Shown: positions 30,359-41,140, counted from the stretch's first letter. The stretch: 64,000 nt of DNA from an uncultured Chloroflexia bacterium (GCA_963716585.1 CAVQTN010000002.1:389730-453729); one strand, 5' to 3'. Numbers and translations: made by a program. The notes: generated by a model not told the origin, from the sequence alone.

Positions 30359-31045
30359 GTGGTGGAGGACGATCGCACGTTGCGCCAGGCGCTGACCTTC
30401 AACCTGGCCCGCGAGGGCTACGACGTCGTCCCGGCGGTCGACGGCGAGCAGGCGCTGGCCGCCGTGCGCGGCGCCGGCCTCGACCTCGTCCTGCTCGACG
30501 TGATGCTGCCGGGCATGAGCGGCATGGAGGTGCTGCGTGTCATGCGTGGGGAGGGCCTTGCCACGCCGGTGATCATCGTCTCGGCCAAGGGCGACGAGAT
30601 CGATCGGGTGGTGGGCCTCAGGGTTGGAGCGGACGACTACGTGGCGAAGCCGTTCAGCCGCCCCGAGCTGCTGGCACGGGTGGAGGCGGTGTTGCGCCGT
30701 GGCGCCGGCCGATCACCGGTCGACGGCACCGCGCAACCGATCCTGGAAGCAGGCCCGCTGCGCGTCGACGCCGTTCGACGCAGCGTTGCGCTGGCCGGAG
30801 CCGAGGTTGCCGTGACGCCGCGCGAGTTCGACCTGCTCGCGCACCTGGCACGCCAGCCCGAGCGGATCTTCACCCGGGACCAGCTGCTGGCCGCGGTCTG
30901 GGGCTTCGACTATTCCGGCGACGGACGGACCGTGGACGTGCACGTCAGCTGGCTGCGCAGGAAGCTGCGCGGTGCCGACGGTCACGACTGGTTCCGCACG
31001 GTGCGTGGCGTGGGCTACGCATTGTCGCCGCCGGCGGATCGGTGA
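30359..31045 (+). CDS. OmpR/PhoB-family response regulator (RegX3/PhoP-like)
   Basis: The receiver (LDVMLPGMSGMEVLRVMR, IVSAKGDE, GADDYVAKPF) is followed by a winged-helix DNA-binding domain (ILEAGPLRVD...VALAGAEVAVTPREFDLLAHLARQPERIFTRDQLL...GYAL). The GTG start is uncertain, since no in-frame ATG follows the phoU stop. Confidence 0.75.
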   Translation: MVEDDRTLRQALTFNLAREGYDVVPAVDGEQALAAVRGAGLDLVLLDVMLPGMSGMEVLRVMRGEGLATPVIIVSAKGDEIDRVVGLRVGADDYVAKPFSRPELLARVEAVLRRGAGRSPVDGTAQPILEAGPLRVDAVRRSVALAGAEVAVTPREFDLLAHLARQPERIFTRDQLLAAVWGFDYSGDGRTVDVHVSWLRRKLRGADGHDWFRTVRGVGYALSPPADR

Positions 31046-32106
31046 GCGCCGAAGCGCGACCGGACCCGGCGGCGGCCTTCGAGGCTCTGCTCGCCAGCCG
31101 GGGCGGCGACCTCCTCCTGCTCGTCGACGAGCGGCTGCAGATCCTGCGCGCCGGCGGCGACGCCGAGTCGCTCGCCGAGCGTTCGGCGGAGGAGCTCGCG
31201 GGCATGAGCCTTATTGCCGCGTTCGGATCCGCGGCGCTCGACGGCGTGGCGCGGCAGGCGATCTCGGCGCAGCAGGCGGTCTCAGGCGAGGCCCAGATGG
31301 GCAGGCTGGGCAGCCGCAGCTTCACGGTCGAGGCGGTCCCGGTGCCGAGCGGCGTCGTGCTGCTCCTGCACGACGTCACGACCCTGCGGCGCATGGAACG
31401 CGTCCGCCGCGACTTCGTGGCGAATATCAGCCACGAGCTGCGAACACCGCTCTCCTCGATCAAGCTCCTGGCCGAGACGCTCTCGTCCGGCACGGTCGAC
31501 GACGCGGCGACGACCGCCGATTTCGCGCGACAGATCGAGCGCGAGGCCGACCACCTGGCGCAGCTGGTCGACGAGCTGCTCGACCTGTCGATGATCGAGT
31601 CCGGCGAGACGCAGCTGCACCTCGAGCTCCTCGATCCGGATGCGCTGATCGCCGATGTCGTGCGCCGCATCGCTCCGGTCGCCGAACGACGCGGGATCAG
31701 CGTGCGGCAGCTGCCCGCCGGCGGCGCACCGGGCGAGCTCCCCGCGGACCGCGAGCGCATCGGCCAGGCGGTCCTCAACCTGGCGCACAACGCCGTGAAA
31801 TACAGCTCGTCCGGCGGCGAGATCCGCATCGGCTGGGGGGTGCGACCGAAGGCGGTGCGCTTTTCGGTATCCGATGACGGAATCGGAGTCCCCGAATCCC
31901 ACCAGCAACGCCTGTTCGAACGCTTCTACAAGGTCGACCGCGCCCGCGTGCGTGGCGAGGACGAGGCCACGGTCAGCGCAGGCCTGGGCCTCGCCATCGT
32001 GCGGCACATTGCCGAGGCGCACGGCGGAAGAGTGGGGCTCGAAAGCCGCGAGGGGATCGGCTCGACGTTCTGGATCGAGCTGCCGACGCGCGAACGAGCC
32101 GAGTAG
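31042..32106 (+). CDS. soluble PAS-containing sensor histidine kinase (SenX3/PhoR-like)
   Basis: The GTG start overlaps the regulator stop (GTGA). There are no predicted TM segments. A PAS-like region is followed by HisKA (FVANISHELRTPLSSIKLLAETL) and HATPase_c (NLAHNAVKYSSSGGEIRIG...DDGIGVP...GLGLAIVRHI). Confidence 0.8.
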   Translation: MSAEARPDPAAAFEALLASRGGDLLLLVDERLQILRAGGDAESLAERSAEELAGMSLIAAFGSAALDGVARQAISAQQAVSGEAQMGRLGSRSFTVEAVPVPSGVVLLLHDVTTLRRMERVRRDFVANISHELRTPLSSIKLLAETLSSGTVDDAATTADFARQIEREADHLAQLVDELLDLSMIESGETQLHLELLDPDALIADVVRRIAPVAERRGISVRQLPAGGAPGELPADRERIGQAVLNLAHNAVKYSSSGGEIRIGWGVRPKAVRFSVSDDGIGVPESHQQRLFERFYKVDRARVRGEDEATVSAGLGLAIVRHIAEAHGGRVGLESREGIGSTFWIELPTRERAE

Positions 32107-32107
32107 C

Positions 32108-32995
32108 CTAGCCGGCGATGACCAACGTGCGTGGAGGCGGGAAATCATCCAGCAGACCGGCGGCGATGACCTGGAAGAGCTCCTGCGGATCCGGCAGGCC
32201 GTGCAGCCGGTGCGAGCCGAGACTGCGGAAGGTGAGACCGTCGGCGGGCGTGCCGAGCACGCCATGCGTCGCCAGGGATAGGACGATCTGGCCGCCGTGC
32301 CCCGCGGAGCAGATGCGCGCGGCGGTGTGCACCGCCAGCCCCACGTAGCCGCTCTCGGTCAGGGTCGGTGCGCCGCTGTGCAGGCCGATGCGGACCCGAA
32401 CCGTGAGCCCTTCCATCCAGCTGCGGGTCCCGAACGCGCGCTGGATGGCGATCGCTCCGCTGAGGGCGGCGGGGGCGGCGGCGAAGACGGCGAAGAACTC
32501 GTCGGCCCGAACGTCGACCTCGTGACCACCGTGCTGGCGCACCGCATCGCGGACCATGCCACGCACGTCTTTCAGCAGCGTGGCATAGCGGTCGCCGAGC
32601 CGGGAAACAAGAGCGGTCGAACCCTCGATGTCGGCCAGAAGGAAGGTGACGTCGCCGGTCGGCAGGTCGTGGATCTCGCTCGCGCGCGCCGCGACCTGGC
32701 CGAGCAGCCGTTCGTTCTCGATGGCCAGCTTCTCGGCCGCATAGCGCTCGCTGCGCAGCTGGCCGGTCATGAATCCGATGGGGACGATGCCGTGCCGCTT
32801 CGCCGCCGCCAGCAGCCGCAGCCGCGCCCTGTCGCGCGAAACTTCGTCCTCAAAGACGACCTGGTTGAAGCGCGCCAATGCATTGCGCACGTGGGCCGCG
32901 TCGTGAATCGGCAGCCGTCGGTGGCCTCTCGCATCAACGTGTGCGAAGGCGCTGTTCGGCAGATGTGCGCGTCGCTTCGCGTCGAGCTGGCCCAT
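32108..32995 (-). CDS. class III adenylate/guanylate cyclase with an uncharacterised N-terminal domain of about 80 aa
   Basis: The cyclase core reads VTFLLADIEGSTALVSRLGD...DEFFAVF...VRVRIGLHSGAPT...GYVGLAVHTAARI. The N-terminus (RAHLPNSAFAHVDARGHRRLPIHDAAHVRNALARFNQVVFEDE) is a domain I could not place. Confidence 0.75.
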   Translation of the reverse strand: MGQLDAKRRAHLPNSAFAHVDARGHRRLPIHDAAHVRNALARFNQVVFEDEVSRDRARLRLLAAAKRHGIVPIGFMTGQLRSERYAAEKLAIENERLLGQVAARASEIHDLPTGDVTFLLADIEGSTALVSRLGDRYATLLKDVRGMVRDAVRQHGGHEVDVRADEFFAVFAAAPAALSGAIAIQRAFGTRSWMEGLTVRVRIGLHSGAPTLTESGYVGLAVHTAARICSAGHGGQIVLSLATHGVLGTPADGLTFRSLGSHRLHGLPDPQELFQVIAAGLLDDFPPPRTLVIAG

Positions 32996-33071
32996 GATTG
33001 GTAGAGGTCCTGCATTCCGGCTGACGGTGCACCGGCCCGGTCACCGCGGTGAACGGCCATTATCGCAAACG

Positions 33072-33923
33072 CTAATCCGGCCGCGATTCGGAGAGTGGCC
33101 GCGCGCGGCTGCGGTCCGCGCGCCTCGTCTCGATGCGCAGCCACTGCCAGCCCGCCACGCCGATGAGCACAAAGCTGATGACGTCAGCGCCGATCAGCAT
33201 CACCGTTCCCGCCAGGCGCTGGTCGGCGAGCGCACCGGCGGCGACGTAGTGGTGGTACAGGAGCGTGGTCTGCGACACGATCACCAGTCCCAGCACCGAG
33301 CTCTGCGGCATCCCCAGGAACAGGTACAGCAAGCGCGCGGAGCCGCCGAGACGACGGGGCAGCGGGTCGCTGCCGATGGCCGGCAGCCAGTAGAGGTACC
33401 CGCTGAGCAGAAAGAGCAGGTGCTCCAGCTGGTGGACGCCCTCGGACTCGAGGGCAAGCTCGAAGAGCGGCGAGAAATGCGCGCCCCACATGACGACCGC
33501 GAAGACCAGCCAGGTGACGAGCGGGAAGGTGATGACGCGCACGAGCCGCGAGTGCAGCAGCGGCACCAGCACGCGGCGCCGAACGCCGGGCGACGCCACG
33601 CGCAGGAGTAGCGTGCCAGGCGCCCCGAGGACGAGAAGCGGCGCGGCGACGAAGCCGATCAGCAGGTGCTGCACCATGTGAAGGCTGAACAGATCATCGG
33701 CGAGGGTGTCGATCGGCGATTGGAGGGCGACGAACAGGCTGAGCAGGCCCCCGAGGAACGCCGCGGAGCGCCAGCCCGAGACGCGCGAGCCCGGGTGCGC
33801 GGCATTCACGCGCGCAACGCCGACGGTCCAGGAGGCGCCCGCCACGGCGAGCAGCAGGACCAACGCGGGCTCGATCGTCCAGCCCAGGACGACCCAGCTT
33901 CCAGGCGCGGCGTGAGCAAGCAT
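33072..33923 (-). CDS. ctaG: cytochrome c oxidase assembly factor CtaG (Caa3_CtaG family)
   Basis: 283-aa polytopic membrane protein (HMVQHLLIGFVAAPLLVLGAP ... LEHLLFLLSGYLYWLP). Confidence 0.7.
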   Translation of the reverse strand: MLAHAAPGSWVVLGWTIEPALVLLLAVAGASWTVGVARVNAAHPGSRVSGWRSAAFLGGLLSLFVALQSPIDTLADDLFSLHMVQHLLIGFVAAPLLVLGAPGTLLLRVASPGVRRRVLVPLLHSRLVRVITFPLVTWLVFAVVMWGAHFSPLFELALESEGVHQLEHLLFLLSGYLYWLPAIGSDPLPRRLGGSARLLYLFLGMPQSSVLGLVIVSQTTLLYHHYVAAGALADQRLAGTVMLIGADVISFVLIGVAGWQWLRIETRRADRSRARPLSESRPD

Positions 33924-33984
33924 GGTGTGCCTGACCCCTTGTCAGCCGGCGTATACTGCCGCCCTACGGCGTCAATACTATGGG

Positions 33985-34446
33985 ATGGCCCCAATGAACG
34001 ACATCCCCTCCGGTCCGACGGAACCCGGTCATCGGCCTGCCTTCGGCATCCTCGCCGGCGCGCTGCTGACTGCATCGCTGCTGCTGGCCGCCTGCAGCAG
34101 TCCGCCCGCGTCCGACGGCGGCCCGGTCAGCGAGCCGAGCGGCACCGTGGTGGTCAGGATGACCGACCAGCTGACCTTCGAGCCGGCGGCGATCGCCATC
34201 AAGGTTGGCACGAAGGTGCGTTGGGAGAACGCCTCGTCGATGGATCACACCACCACCGACGATCCGGCGAAGGCCCCCGACCCGAAGGATGCCGCGTTGC
34301 CAAGCGGCGCCGAGACCTGGGACTCGGGCGTGCTCAACGCCGGCAAGACCTTCGAGCGCACCTTCACTGTTCCCGGCACCTACATCTACTTCTGCCAGCC
34401 GCATGTGTCGGCTGGGATGGTCGGTCGGATCACCGTCACCGAGTAG
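33985..34446 (+). CDS. blue-copper (cupredoxin/plastocyanin-like) lipoprotein
   Basis: The lipobox is LLLAAC. Type-1 Cu ligands are present in ...MDHTT... and YFCQPHVSAGMVGRITV (Cys-x2-His-x4-Met). The start was chosen at the internal ATG (MAPMNDIPS). Confidence 0.7.
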   Translation: MAPMNDIPSGPTEPGHRPAFGILAGALLTASLLLAACSSPPASDGGPVSEPSGTVVVRMTDQLTFEPAAIAIKVGTKVRWENASSMDHTTTDDPAKAPDPKDAALPSGAETWDSGVLNAGKTFERTFTVPGTYIYFCQPHVSAGMVGRITVTE

Positions 34447-34491
34447 CACATCACCGCCAACCCGCAGAGGGGACGCAACAAGGAGCGTGCC

Positions 34492-35061
34492 ATGCCCGTG
34501 CAATGGATGATCGGCATCGCCTTCGTGATCATGGCCGGGTGCCTGGCCGCCGTCTTCCTGTGGATCGCGCTGGACGCGAGGATTGAATCCTGGGATGGCG
34601 TCTATCGACGAGCGGGCGTGATCAGGCGGCGCTGGCTCATTGGTCTGCTGGCCCTGTCGGTCGTCGCCTTCGCGGTCTCGATGACCTGGCTTCCCTACCA
34701 GTTCGTGCGCAGCGCACAGCTGCCCGGGGCGGCGAAGGAGGTCGCCGTGACCGCGCACCAGTACGCCTTCGACCTCAATACCGAGTGCCTGCCGACGAAC
34801 CAGCCCATCCAGTTCTCGGTCGGCAGCAGCGACGTCACGCACGGCTTCGCGATCTACGATCCCGACGGCCACATCGTCGGCCAGGTGCAGGCCATGCCCG
34901 GCTACACCAACGTCCTGCGCCTGGGCCTGACCAAGCCCGGGACCTACACGCTGCGCTGCGATGAGCTGTGCGGCCCGGGTCACCCGTTCATGAAGCGCGA
35001 GATCACGGTGGGCGGCTGCACGACCGGCGCAGCCGCGTGCGGGGGTGGCGGCTGTGGCTGA
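34492..35061 (+). CDS. ctaC: cytochrome c oxidase subunit II (short form with a CuA centre)
   Basis: Two N-terminal TM helices are followed by a CuA cupredoxin domain with HGFAI ... CDELCGPGHPFM. Confidence 0.8.
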   Translation: MPVQWMIGIAFVIMAGCLAAVFLWIALDARIESWDGVYRRAGVIRRRWLIGLLALSVVAFAVSMTWLPYQFVRSAQLPGAAKEVAVTAHQYAFDLNTECLPTNQPIQFSVGSSDVTHGFAIYDPDGHIVGQVQAMPGYTNVLRLGLTKPGTYTLRCDELCGPGHPFMKREITVGGCTTGAAACGGGGCG

Positions 35062-35088
35062 TCCGCGGCTGACGAAGGGAGCCCGAAG

Positions 35089-36630
35089 ATGACAACCGTG
35101 ACCGTAAGCGACGATGCGCTGCTGCACGATCCTGCCCGGCTGCGAACCGTCAACCGCCTGACCTTGCTGTGGGTGCTGACCGCGTTCGCCCTGCTTCTGA
35201 TCCTGGGACTGGCTGGCCTGCTGATGCGGGCGATCCAATCCGGACTGCTGGGCGGACTGGCATTCCCGTGGTTCTATCCGATCCTGACGCTGCATGGCAT
35301 CGGCATGGTCGCCCTGGTGGCCCTCATCCCCCTTGCCGGCTGCTGGTTCATCTTCGCCCAGCGGGTGCCAATGAGCACGCGCCTGTGGACGATCTGCTAT
35401 GGCGCGACGGTGCTCGCCGTCGTGCTCGTGCTGGTCTCGACCCTGATCGGCCATTTTGGCACCGGTTGGACCTTCCTCTATCCGCTGCCGTACCAGAGCG
35501 GCGGCGCCTGGGAGACCTGGGCGTTCGTGCCGTTCCTGCTGGCAGTCACCATCGTCGTGCTCGTGGTGCTCGCGATCGACGTCGAGTTCCTGTACCGCGG
35601 CATCCGGAAGTACGGCAGTTTGGGTCGCATGTACGGGCTGGAGTACCTAGTTAACCCTCATCCGCCCGACGACGGCCGGCCGCGGACCGATCCTGCCACG
35701 ATCGCCATGACCACCACGGCGCTGACCTGGATTCCGGCGGCTCTGCTTGGCGCCGTGCTGGTCGTGCTGGAGTTGACACAGGTCGTCTTCCCGGACTTCA
35801 GCATCAGCGCGCTGCTGGCCAAGAACCTGACCTTCTTCGCGGGCCACATGCTGGTCAACGTGGGCCTGTACATGGCGGCGGCGCTGCTCTACGTCATCCT
35901 GCCGGTCTTCGCAAAACGGCCGTGGAATGTCGCGCGCTACGTGGTCATCGGCTGGCTGGCGACGACCGTGGCGCTGTGGTTCGCCTTCTACCATCACCTC
36001 TACCAGGACTTCGCGCAGCCCGACGCCGTCCAGGTCGTCGGCGAGGTGTTCAGCTACGTCAGCGCGTTCCCAGCCCTGGTTGTCACCCTGCTGGGTGGCG
36101 TTCTCCTGGTCTGGCGCTCCGGCATCCGCTGGTCGCCGGCGCCACTGTTCATGTACCTCGGCATGGTCGGCTGGGCCATCGGCGGGACGGGTGCCATCCT
36201 CGACGGCACGGCCGGACTCAACCAGTTCATGCACAACACCCTGTGGGTCGCCGGACATTTCCACGGCATCATGGCGATGGGCGTCATGATGTTCTTCCTG
36301 GGCACGGTCTACTACGTCTTCCCCGCCCTGACCGGCCGGGCGTTGTCCGATCGCATCGGGCGCATGGCGGCGGTGTTCATCGGGGTCGGCGGCTACACGG
36401 TGGTGCTGGTGTTCTTCCTGTCGGGCGTGCTCAGCGAGCCGCGCCGCTACGCCGTTCAGCTGCCCGGCACCGAATGGCTCGCACTCATAGGCCTGCTGGG
36501 AGCGATCCTGGTCGGCATCGGCGGGTTGATGATTGGCGGTGACATGCTCGGAGCGCTGCGCCGGCCGGCCGTCCAGCCGAGTGACCCACAGCGTGAGCCG
36601 GAGGCCGGACCCGCCCCGGCGCCGGCGTAG
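35089..36630 (+). CDS. ctaD: cytochrome c oxidase subunit I
   Basis: 513 aa with 12 or more TM helices. Haem-copper oxidase motifs are present (WFYPILTLHGIGMV, WTFLYPLP, GHFHGIMAMGVMMFF). Confidence 0.9.
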   Translation: MTTVTVSDDALLHDPARLRTVNRLTLLWVLTAFALLLILGLAGLLMRAIQSGLLGGLAFPWFYPILTLHGIGMVALVALIPLAGCWFIFAQRVPMSTRLWTICYGATVLAVVLVLVSTLIGHFGTGWTFLYPLPYQSGGAWETWAFVPFLLAVTIVVLVVLAIDVEFLYRGIRKYGSLGRMYGLEYLVNPHPPDDGRPRTDPATIAMTTTALTWIPAALLGAVLVVLELTQVVFPDFSISALLAKNLTFFAGHMLVNVGLYMAAALLYVILPVFAKRPWNVARYVVIGWLATTVALWFAFYHHLYQDFAQPDAVQVVGEVFSYVSAFPALVVTLLGGVLLVWRSGIRWSPAPLFMYLGMVGWAIGGTGAILDGTAGLNQFMHNTLWVAGHFHGIMAMGVMMFFLGTVYYVFPALTGRALSDRIGRMAAVFIGVGGYTVVLVFFLSGVLSEPRRYAVQLPGTEWLALIGLLGAILVGIGGLMIGGDMLGALRRPAVQPSDPQREPEAGPAPAPA

Positions 36631-36641
36631 GCTCCGCCAGC

Positions 36642-37613
<972 letters not shown>

Positions 37614-37657
37614 TTCCCGCGTCGGCGCGAGCGACGCCGGAAACGCTCGTCTGAGCA

Positions 37658-38362
37658 ATGCCCAGTCATCGGCTCCGTGGGTCCGGTGCGGTCACGATCG
37701 ACCTGCAGGCGAAGCGCAACCGGCTGCTCGGCGATCCGGCGCGGCTGATGATCGTGGATGCGGTCACCAAGCGCCCGCGGCTCATCTCGGAGCTGACCGC
37801 GCTCACCGGGCTGCACCGCAACACGGTCCGCGCGCACCTCGCCCGGCTGGTCGATGCCGGCCTGCTCAGCGCGGAACGTCGCGATCCGATTGGGCCGGGC
37901 CGGCCGGCAAGGCGGTATTGCCTGCGCGACAGCCTGGGAATCCCCGGTACCGAGCAGCGGCTGCTGATCCGATCGCTTCTGCGGCTCGTGGCCGAGGCGT
38001 ACCAGGACGGCGCCACCGAGCGAGCCGAGCACGAGGGACACCGCATCGGCCTGCAGCTCGGCAGTGCGCTTGACCATCCGTCGGCCAGGCAGGCGCTGGC
38101 GCAGGTGACCGAGATCCTGCGTGAGCTCGCCTTCTCACCCGAGCTCACCGCCAGGGGCGAGGTGAGCCAGATCACCCTGCACAGCTGCCCATTCACAGTG
38201 TCTCCCGACGATCCGCGCGGCGGGATCATCTGCGCCTTCCACCTCGGCCTGATTCGCGGCGTGGTGGAGGTGGCCGCGCCGCCCGGACGCCACGATGTGC
38301 ACCTGCTGCCGCACGTCGGCCCCGACTTCTGCCGGGCCGAGATTCGCTTCGCCGCGGGCTGA
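37658..38362 (+). CDS. ArsR/SmtB-family winged-helix transcriptional regulator with a C-terminal Cys/His-containing domain
   Basis: The wHTH reads LLGDPARLMIVDAVTKRPRLISELTALTGLHRNTVRAHLARLVDAGLL. The C-terminal region contains HSCPF...CAFH. Confidence 0.6.
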   Translation: MPSHRLRGSGAVTIDLQAKRNRLLGDPARLMIVDAVTKRPRLISELTALTGLHRNTVRAHLARLVDAGLLSAERRDPIGPGRPARRYCLRDSLGIPGTEQRLLIRSLLRLVAEAYQDGATERAEHEGHRIGLQLGSALDHPSARQALAQVTEILRELAFSPELTARGEVSQITLHSCPFTVSPDDPRGGIICAFHLGLIRGVVEVAAPPGRHDVHLLPHVGPDFCRAEIRFAAG

Positions 38363-38367
38363 CGGCG

Positions 38368-39318
38368 TCAGGCCTGGTCGGCCATGGGCCGGACCTCGCC
38401 GATCCAGCGCACCAAGGTCTCTTCGTCGAAGGGCGCGGCCATCTCGCCGATGAAGGTGTGGAAGCCGAGGGTCTTCCGCTCGCGCATCTTCTCGGCGAGC
38501 TGCTCCGGCGTGCCGACCCAGAAGGTGCCGTCGCGCTCCACCTCGCGCATCGGCGTGTGGTTGTGCTCCATCCGTGCCTGCCAGGCGCGGCGCGCCTCAG
38601 CCTCGGTGTCACGGATGAGGGGCTTGCAGCCGGCGCTGAATTCGATCTCGGCCGGATCGCGGCCGGCATCGTCGCAATGCCGGCGCAGGACCTCGACCTT
38701 GTGGCGCAGGAAGTCGACCTCGCCCATGGCATTCCACATGTCGGCATACCTGGCCACGGTGCGCAGCGTCTTTCGCTCGCCGGAGCCGCCGATCATGATC
38801 GGCAGGTGCTGCTGGATCGGCCGCGGCAGGAGGCGCAGCCCGTCGAACGAGTAATGGCCGTCCGGGTCCGAGGTCACCGTCTGTCCATCGAACAACGCGC
38901 GCAGGGCAGCCACCGCCTCGTCCATCCAGTCAAGCCGCTGGCCGAAGCCGCTGCCGAAGTCGATGCCATGCGCGGTGTGTTCCAGCCCGAACCAGGCTCC
39001 GCCCATGCCGGCGATGACCCGGCCGTCGCTGACGTGGTCGATGGTCGTCAGCTCCTTGGCGACCAGCCCCGGGTTGCGCAGGGGCACGGCGCCGACCAGC
39101 AGGCCCAGGCGAGCCCGGGTCGTGACCTTGGCCAGTGCCGCGAGCGCCGTGTACCCCTCGAAGATGGGCTGGTACGGGTCGCCAAAGATGGCGTACAGGT
39201 GATCCCACGTCCAGAGGTGGTCGTAGCCGAGCTCGTCGACGCGCATTGCGGCCAGCTCGAAGGCGGGCCAGTCGGTCGCCTGGTTCCAGAGCAGGACCCC
39301 GAGTCGCGTCTCGGCCAT
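38368..39318 (-). CDS. LLM-class (luciferase-like) flavin/F420-dependent oxidoreductase
   Basis: 316-aa TIM-barrel LLM family (LGYDHLWTWDHL, LGLLVGAVPLRNPGLVAKELTTIDHVSDGRVIAGMGGAW). Confidence 0.75.
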   Translation of the reverse strand: MAETRLGVLLWNQATDWPAFELAAMRVDELGYDHLWTWDHLYAIFGDPYQPIFEGYTALAALAKVTTRARLGLLVGAVPLRNPGLVAKELTTIDHVSDGRVIAGMGGAWFGLEHTAHGIDFGSGFGQRLDWMDEAVAALRALFDGQTVTSDPDGHYSFDGLRLLPRPIQQHLPIMIGGSGERKTLRTVARYADMWNAMGEVDFLRHKVEVLRRHCDDAGRDPAEIEFSAGCKPLIRDTEAEARRAWQARMEHNHTPMREVERDGTFWVGTPEQLAEKMRERKTLGFHTFIGEMAAPFDEETLVRWIGEVRPMADQA

Positions 39319-39322
39319 CTGC

Positions 39323-40405
39323 TCAGGCCCAGGGCAGGCTGATGGGCAGCAGCGCGTTGAGCAGCAGGCCCAGGATCAGCAGCGCGCCCGCACGCCGCGT
39401 GTGGATGAAGGCCGCGCCGACGAACCACAGCGGCCAGCCGACGTAGCCCTCCGGCGGCTGCACCGGCCGCGGTGCGTTGAAGACGCGCAGGACCAGCAGC
39501 AGCAGTGGGACGCCGAGCAGGGTGACGATCACAAACGGCCCGATCCAGCCGACCAGCGCGGGCACGATCACGATCGGGTAGTAGGCGATCATCAGGACCT
39601 GGGCGACCCGCCGCGCTGTTGCCTGGCCGAGCATCACCGGCAGGGTGTGTACGCCCTTCGGCCGGTCGGCCTCGATCTTGTCGATGTGCTTGCCGAACAG
39701 CACGGTGGTCACCAGGATGGCGTACGGCAGCGACGCGATCCACACCCATCCGGGCAGCGCGCCGGTCGCGACGTAGAAGGTGCCGCCGACCATCAGCGGG
39801 CCCCACACCAGGAAGACGCCCGGCTCGCCCAGACCGTGGTACTTGAGCCGGATGGGCGGCGCGACATAGAAGACCGATACGAACAGGCCCGCCAGCGCGA
39901 ACGCGATGACCAGTGGCCCTCGCTCGTACGCCAGGAACAGCATGATCGCCAGGTCGACCGCATTGGCCAGCAGGATGGCGACGGCCAGCTGCCGCCGGGT
40001 GACCCAGCCCGAGAGCACGGGATGAGGCGCATACAGCGCCCGGTAGTAGTCGTCGGTGTCTACCCCACCCTCCAGGTCGAAATAGTCGTTGATCATGTTG
40101 TTGGCGGCGTGCGCCACCACCAGGCCGATGACGGCCAGCAGCGCCAGCCAGTAGCTGATTTGCACCTCACCCTGGCGGGCCGCGCCGACGGCCAGCAGCG
40201 CGCCGATGAGCCCGGACGTGGCGGTCATCGAGAAGACGGCCGCGCGGGTGATGACCAGCCACTTGCTGACCGCGTCGGGGTGGGTCATGCCCGCCGGCAG
40301 GTTGGCGGTGCGCAGCACGTAGCCCCAGCTGCGCAGGCGGGCACCCAACGGTGCGCTGGGCGTCACCGGGGTTGGCTTCGGAATCACGGGCCTGGTTGTC
40401 GACAT
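39323..40405 (-). CDS. UbiA-family aromatic prenyltransferase (MenA-like)
   Basis: Polytopic. The first Asp-rich motif is NNMINDYFDLEGGVDTDD and the second is FGKHIDKIEADRPKG. The start was chosen at MSTTRPVIPK, and the upstream 26 codons are uncertain. Confidence 0.65.
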   Translation of the reverse strand: MSTTRPVIPKPTPVTPSAPLGARLRSWGYVLRTANLPAGMTHPDAVSKWLVITRAAVFSMTATSGLIGALLAVGAARQGEVQISYWLALLAVIGLVVAHAANNMINDYFDLEGGVDTDDYYRALYAPHPVLSGWVTRRQLAVAILLANAVDLAIMLFLAYERGPLVIAFALAGLFVSVFYVAPPIRLKYHGLGEPGVFLVWGPLMVGGTFYVATGALPGWVWIASLPYAILVTTVLFGKHIDKIEADRPKGVHTLPVMLGQATARRVAQVLMIAYYPIVIVPALVGWIGPFVIVTLLGVPLLLLVLRVFNAPRPVQPPEGYVGWPLWFVGAAFIHTRRAGALLILGLLLNALLPISLPWA

Positions 40406-40793
40406 GTACGGCCGCGAGTCTACTCCGGGGCCGTCCGCGGGTCGCGCACCACGCCAGCGGCGACCAAGTCCGAGGGGACTCACCTGCGTGAGAGCACTTG
40501 GCTCGCGTGCGATCGACGCGCGCAGTGACTCAATTCGACCGGATTGACCCCTGAACTCGCGCGCGACGCGTCGTTGTGAGGTACTGCTCGCCTCAAATGC
40601 ATGACAGCGGCCGGATCTCGGTCGAGTGAATCAGGCCAGACTCAAAGCGGCGCCCAACCGATGGCGAGCGCCGTTGAAGTGCAGGAGGGCCTGGAGAAAC
40701 GATCGCGCCGCCGCGCATTCGCTGCCGCGGTCCTGGACGATCGGGCGAGCGGGGACACTTCCCCACTCGCCCAGCGGAGCCTCGCGGCTCCCG

Positions 40794-41054
40794 TCAGCTG
40801 GACGAGGAGCCGCTGCCGCTCGACGCCTTGTCGCTGCGGTCGCAGACGTGGCCCGTCGCGCCGTTGTCCGAGCCGATCCCCGTCCCGGCGCTGGCGCTGG
40901 GACTCGCGCTGGGCGTGGCTGACGGCGACGCGGCGAAGACGCTGGCCGCGCCGCCGAGCAGGATCGTGGCTCCCAGCACGGCGGCCGCGATCAAGGCGCG
41001 GGGTCGTGAACGGGCCGGCGGGCCGGCATCGGCCTGGATGGTTGGTTCCATTGC
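40794..41054 (-). CDS. small secreted Ser/Pro/Thr-rich protein (about 86 aa)
   Basis: Sequence: MEPTIQADAGPPARSRPRALIAAAVLGATILLGGAASVFAASPSATPSASPSASAGTGIGSDNGATGHVCDRSDKASSGSGSSSS. It has a signal peptide (or signal-anchor) and a low-complexity tail. It lies 87 nt downstream of the GT39 gene on the same strand. Only the 3' part of track ORF 40794-41864 was accepted. Confidence 0.4.
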   Translation of the reverse strand, partial: AMEPTIQADAGPPARSRPRALIAAAVLGATILLGGAASVFAASPSATPSASPSASAGTGIGSDNGATGHVCDRSDKASSGSGSSSS

Positions 41055-41140
41055 GTAACCTCCTGTCTGTGACGGCCGCCTGGTGGGGGCCGATGCGGTC
41101 CAGGGTGTCCTGCAGCTCTTGGAGTCGCATGAGAGTCGGC

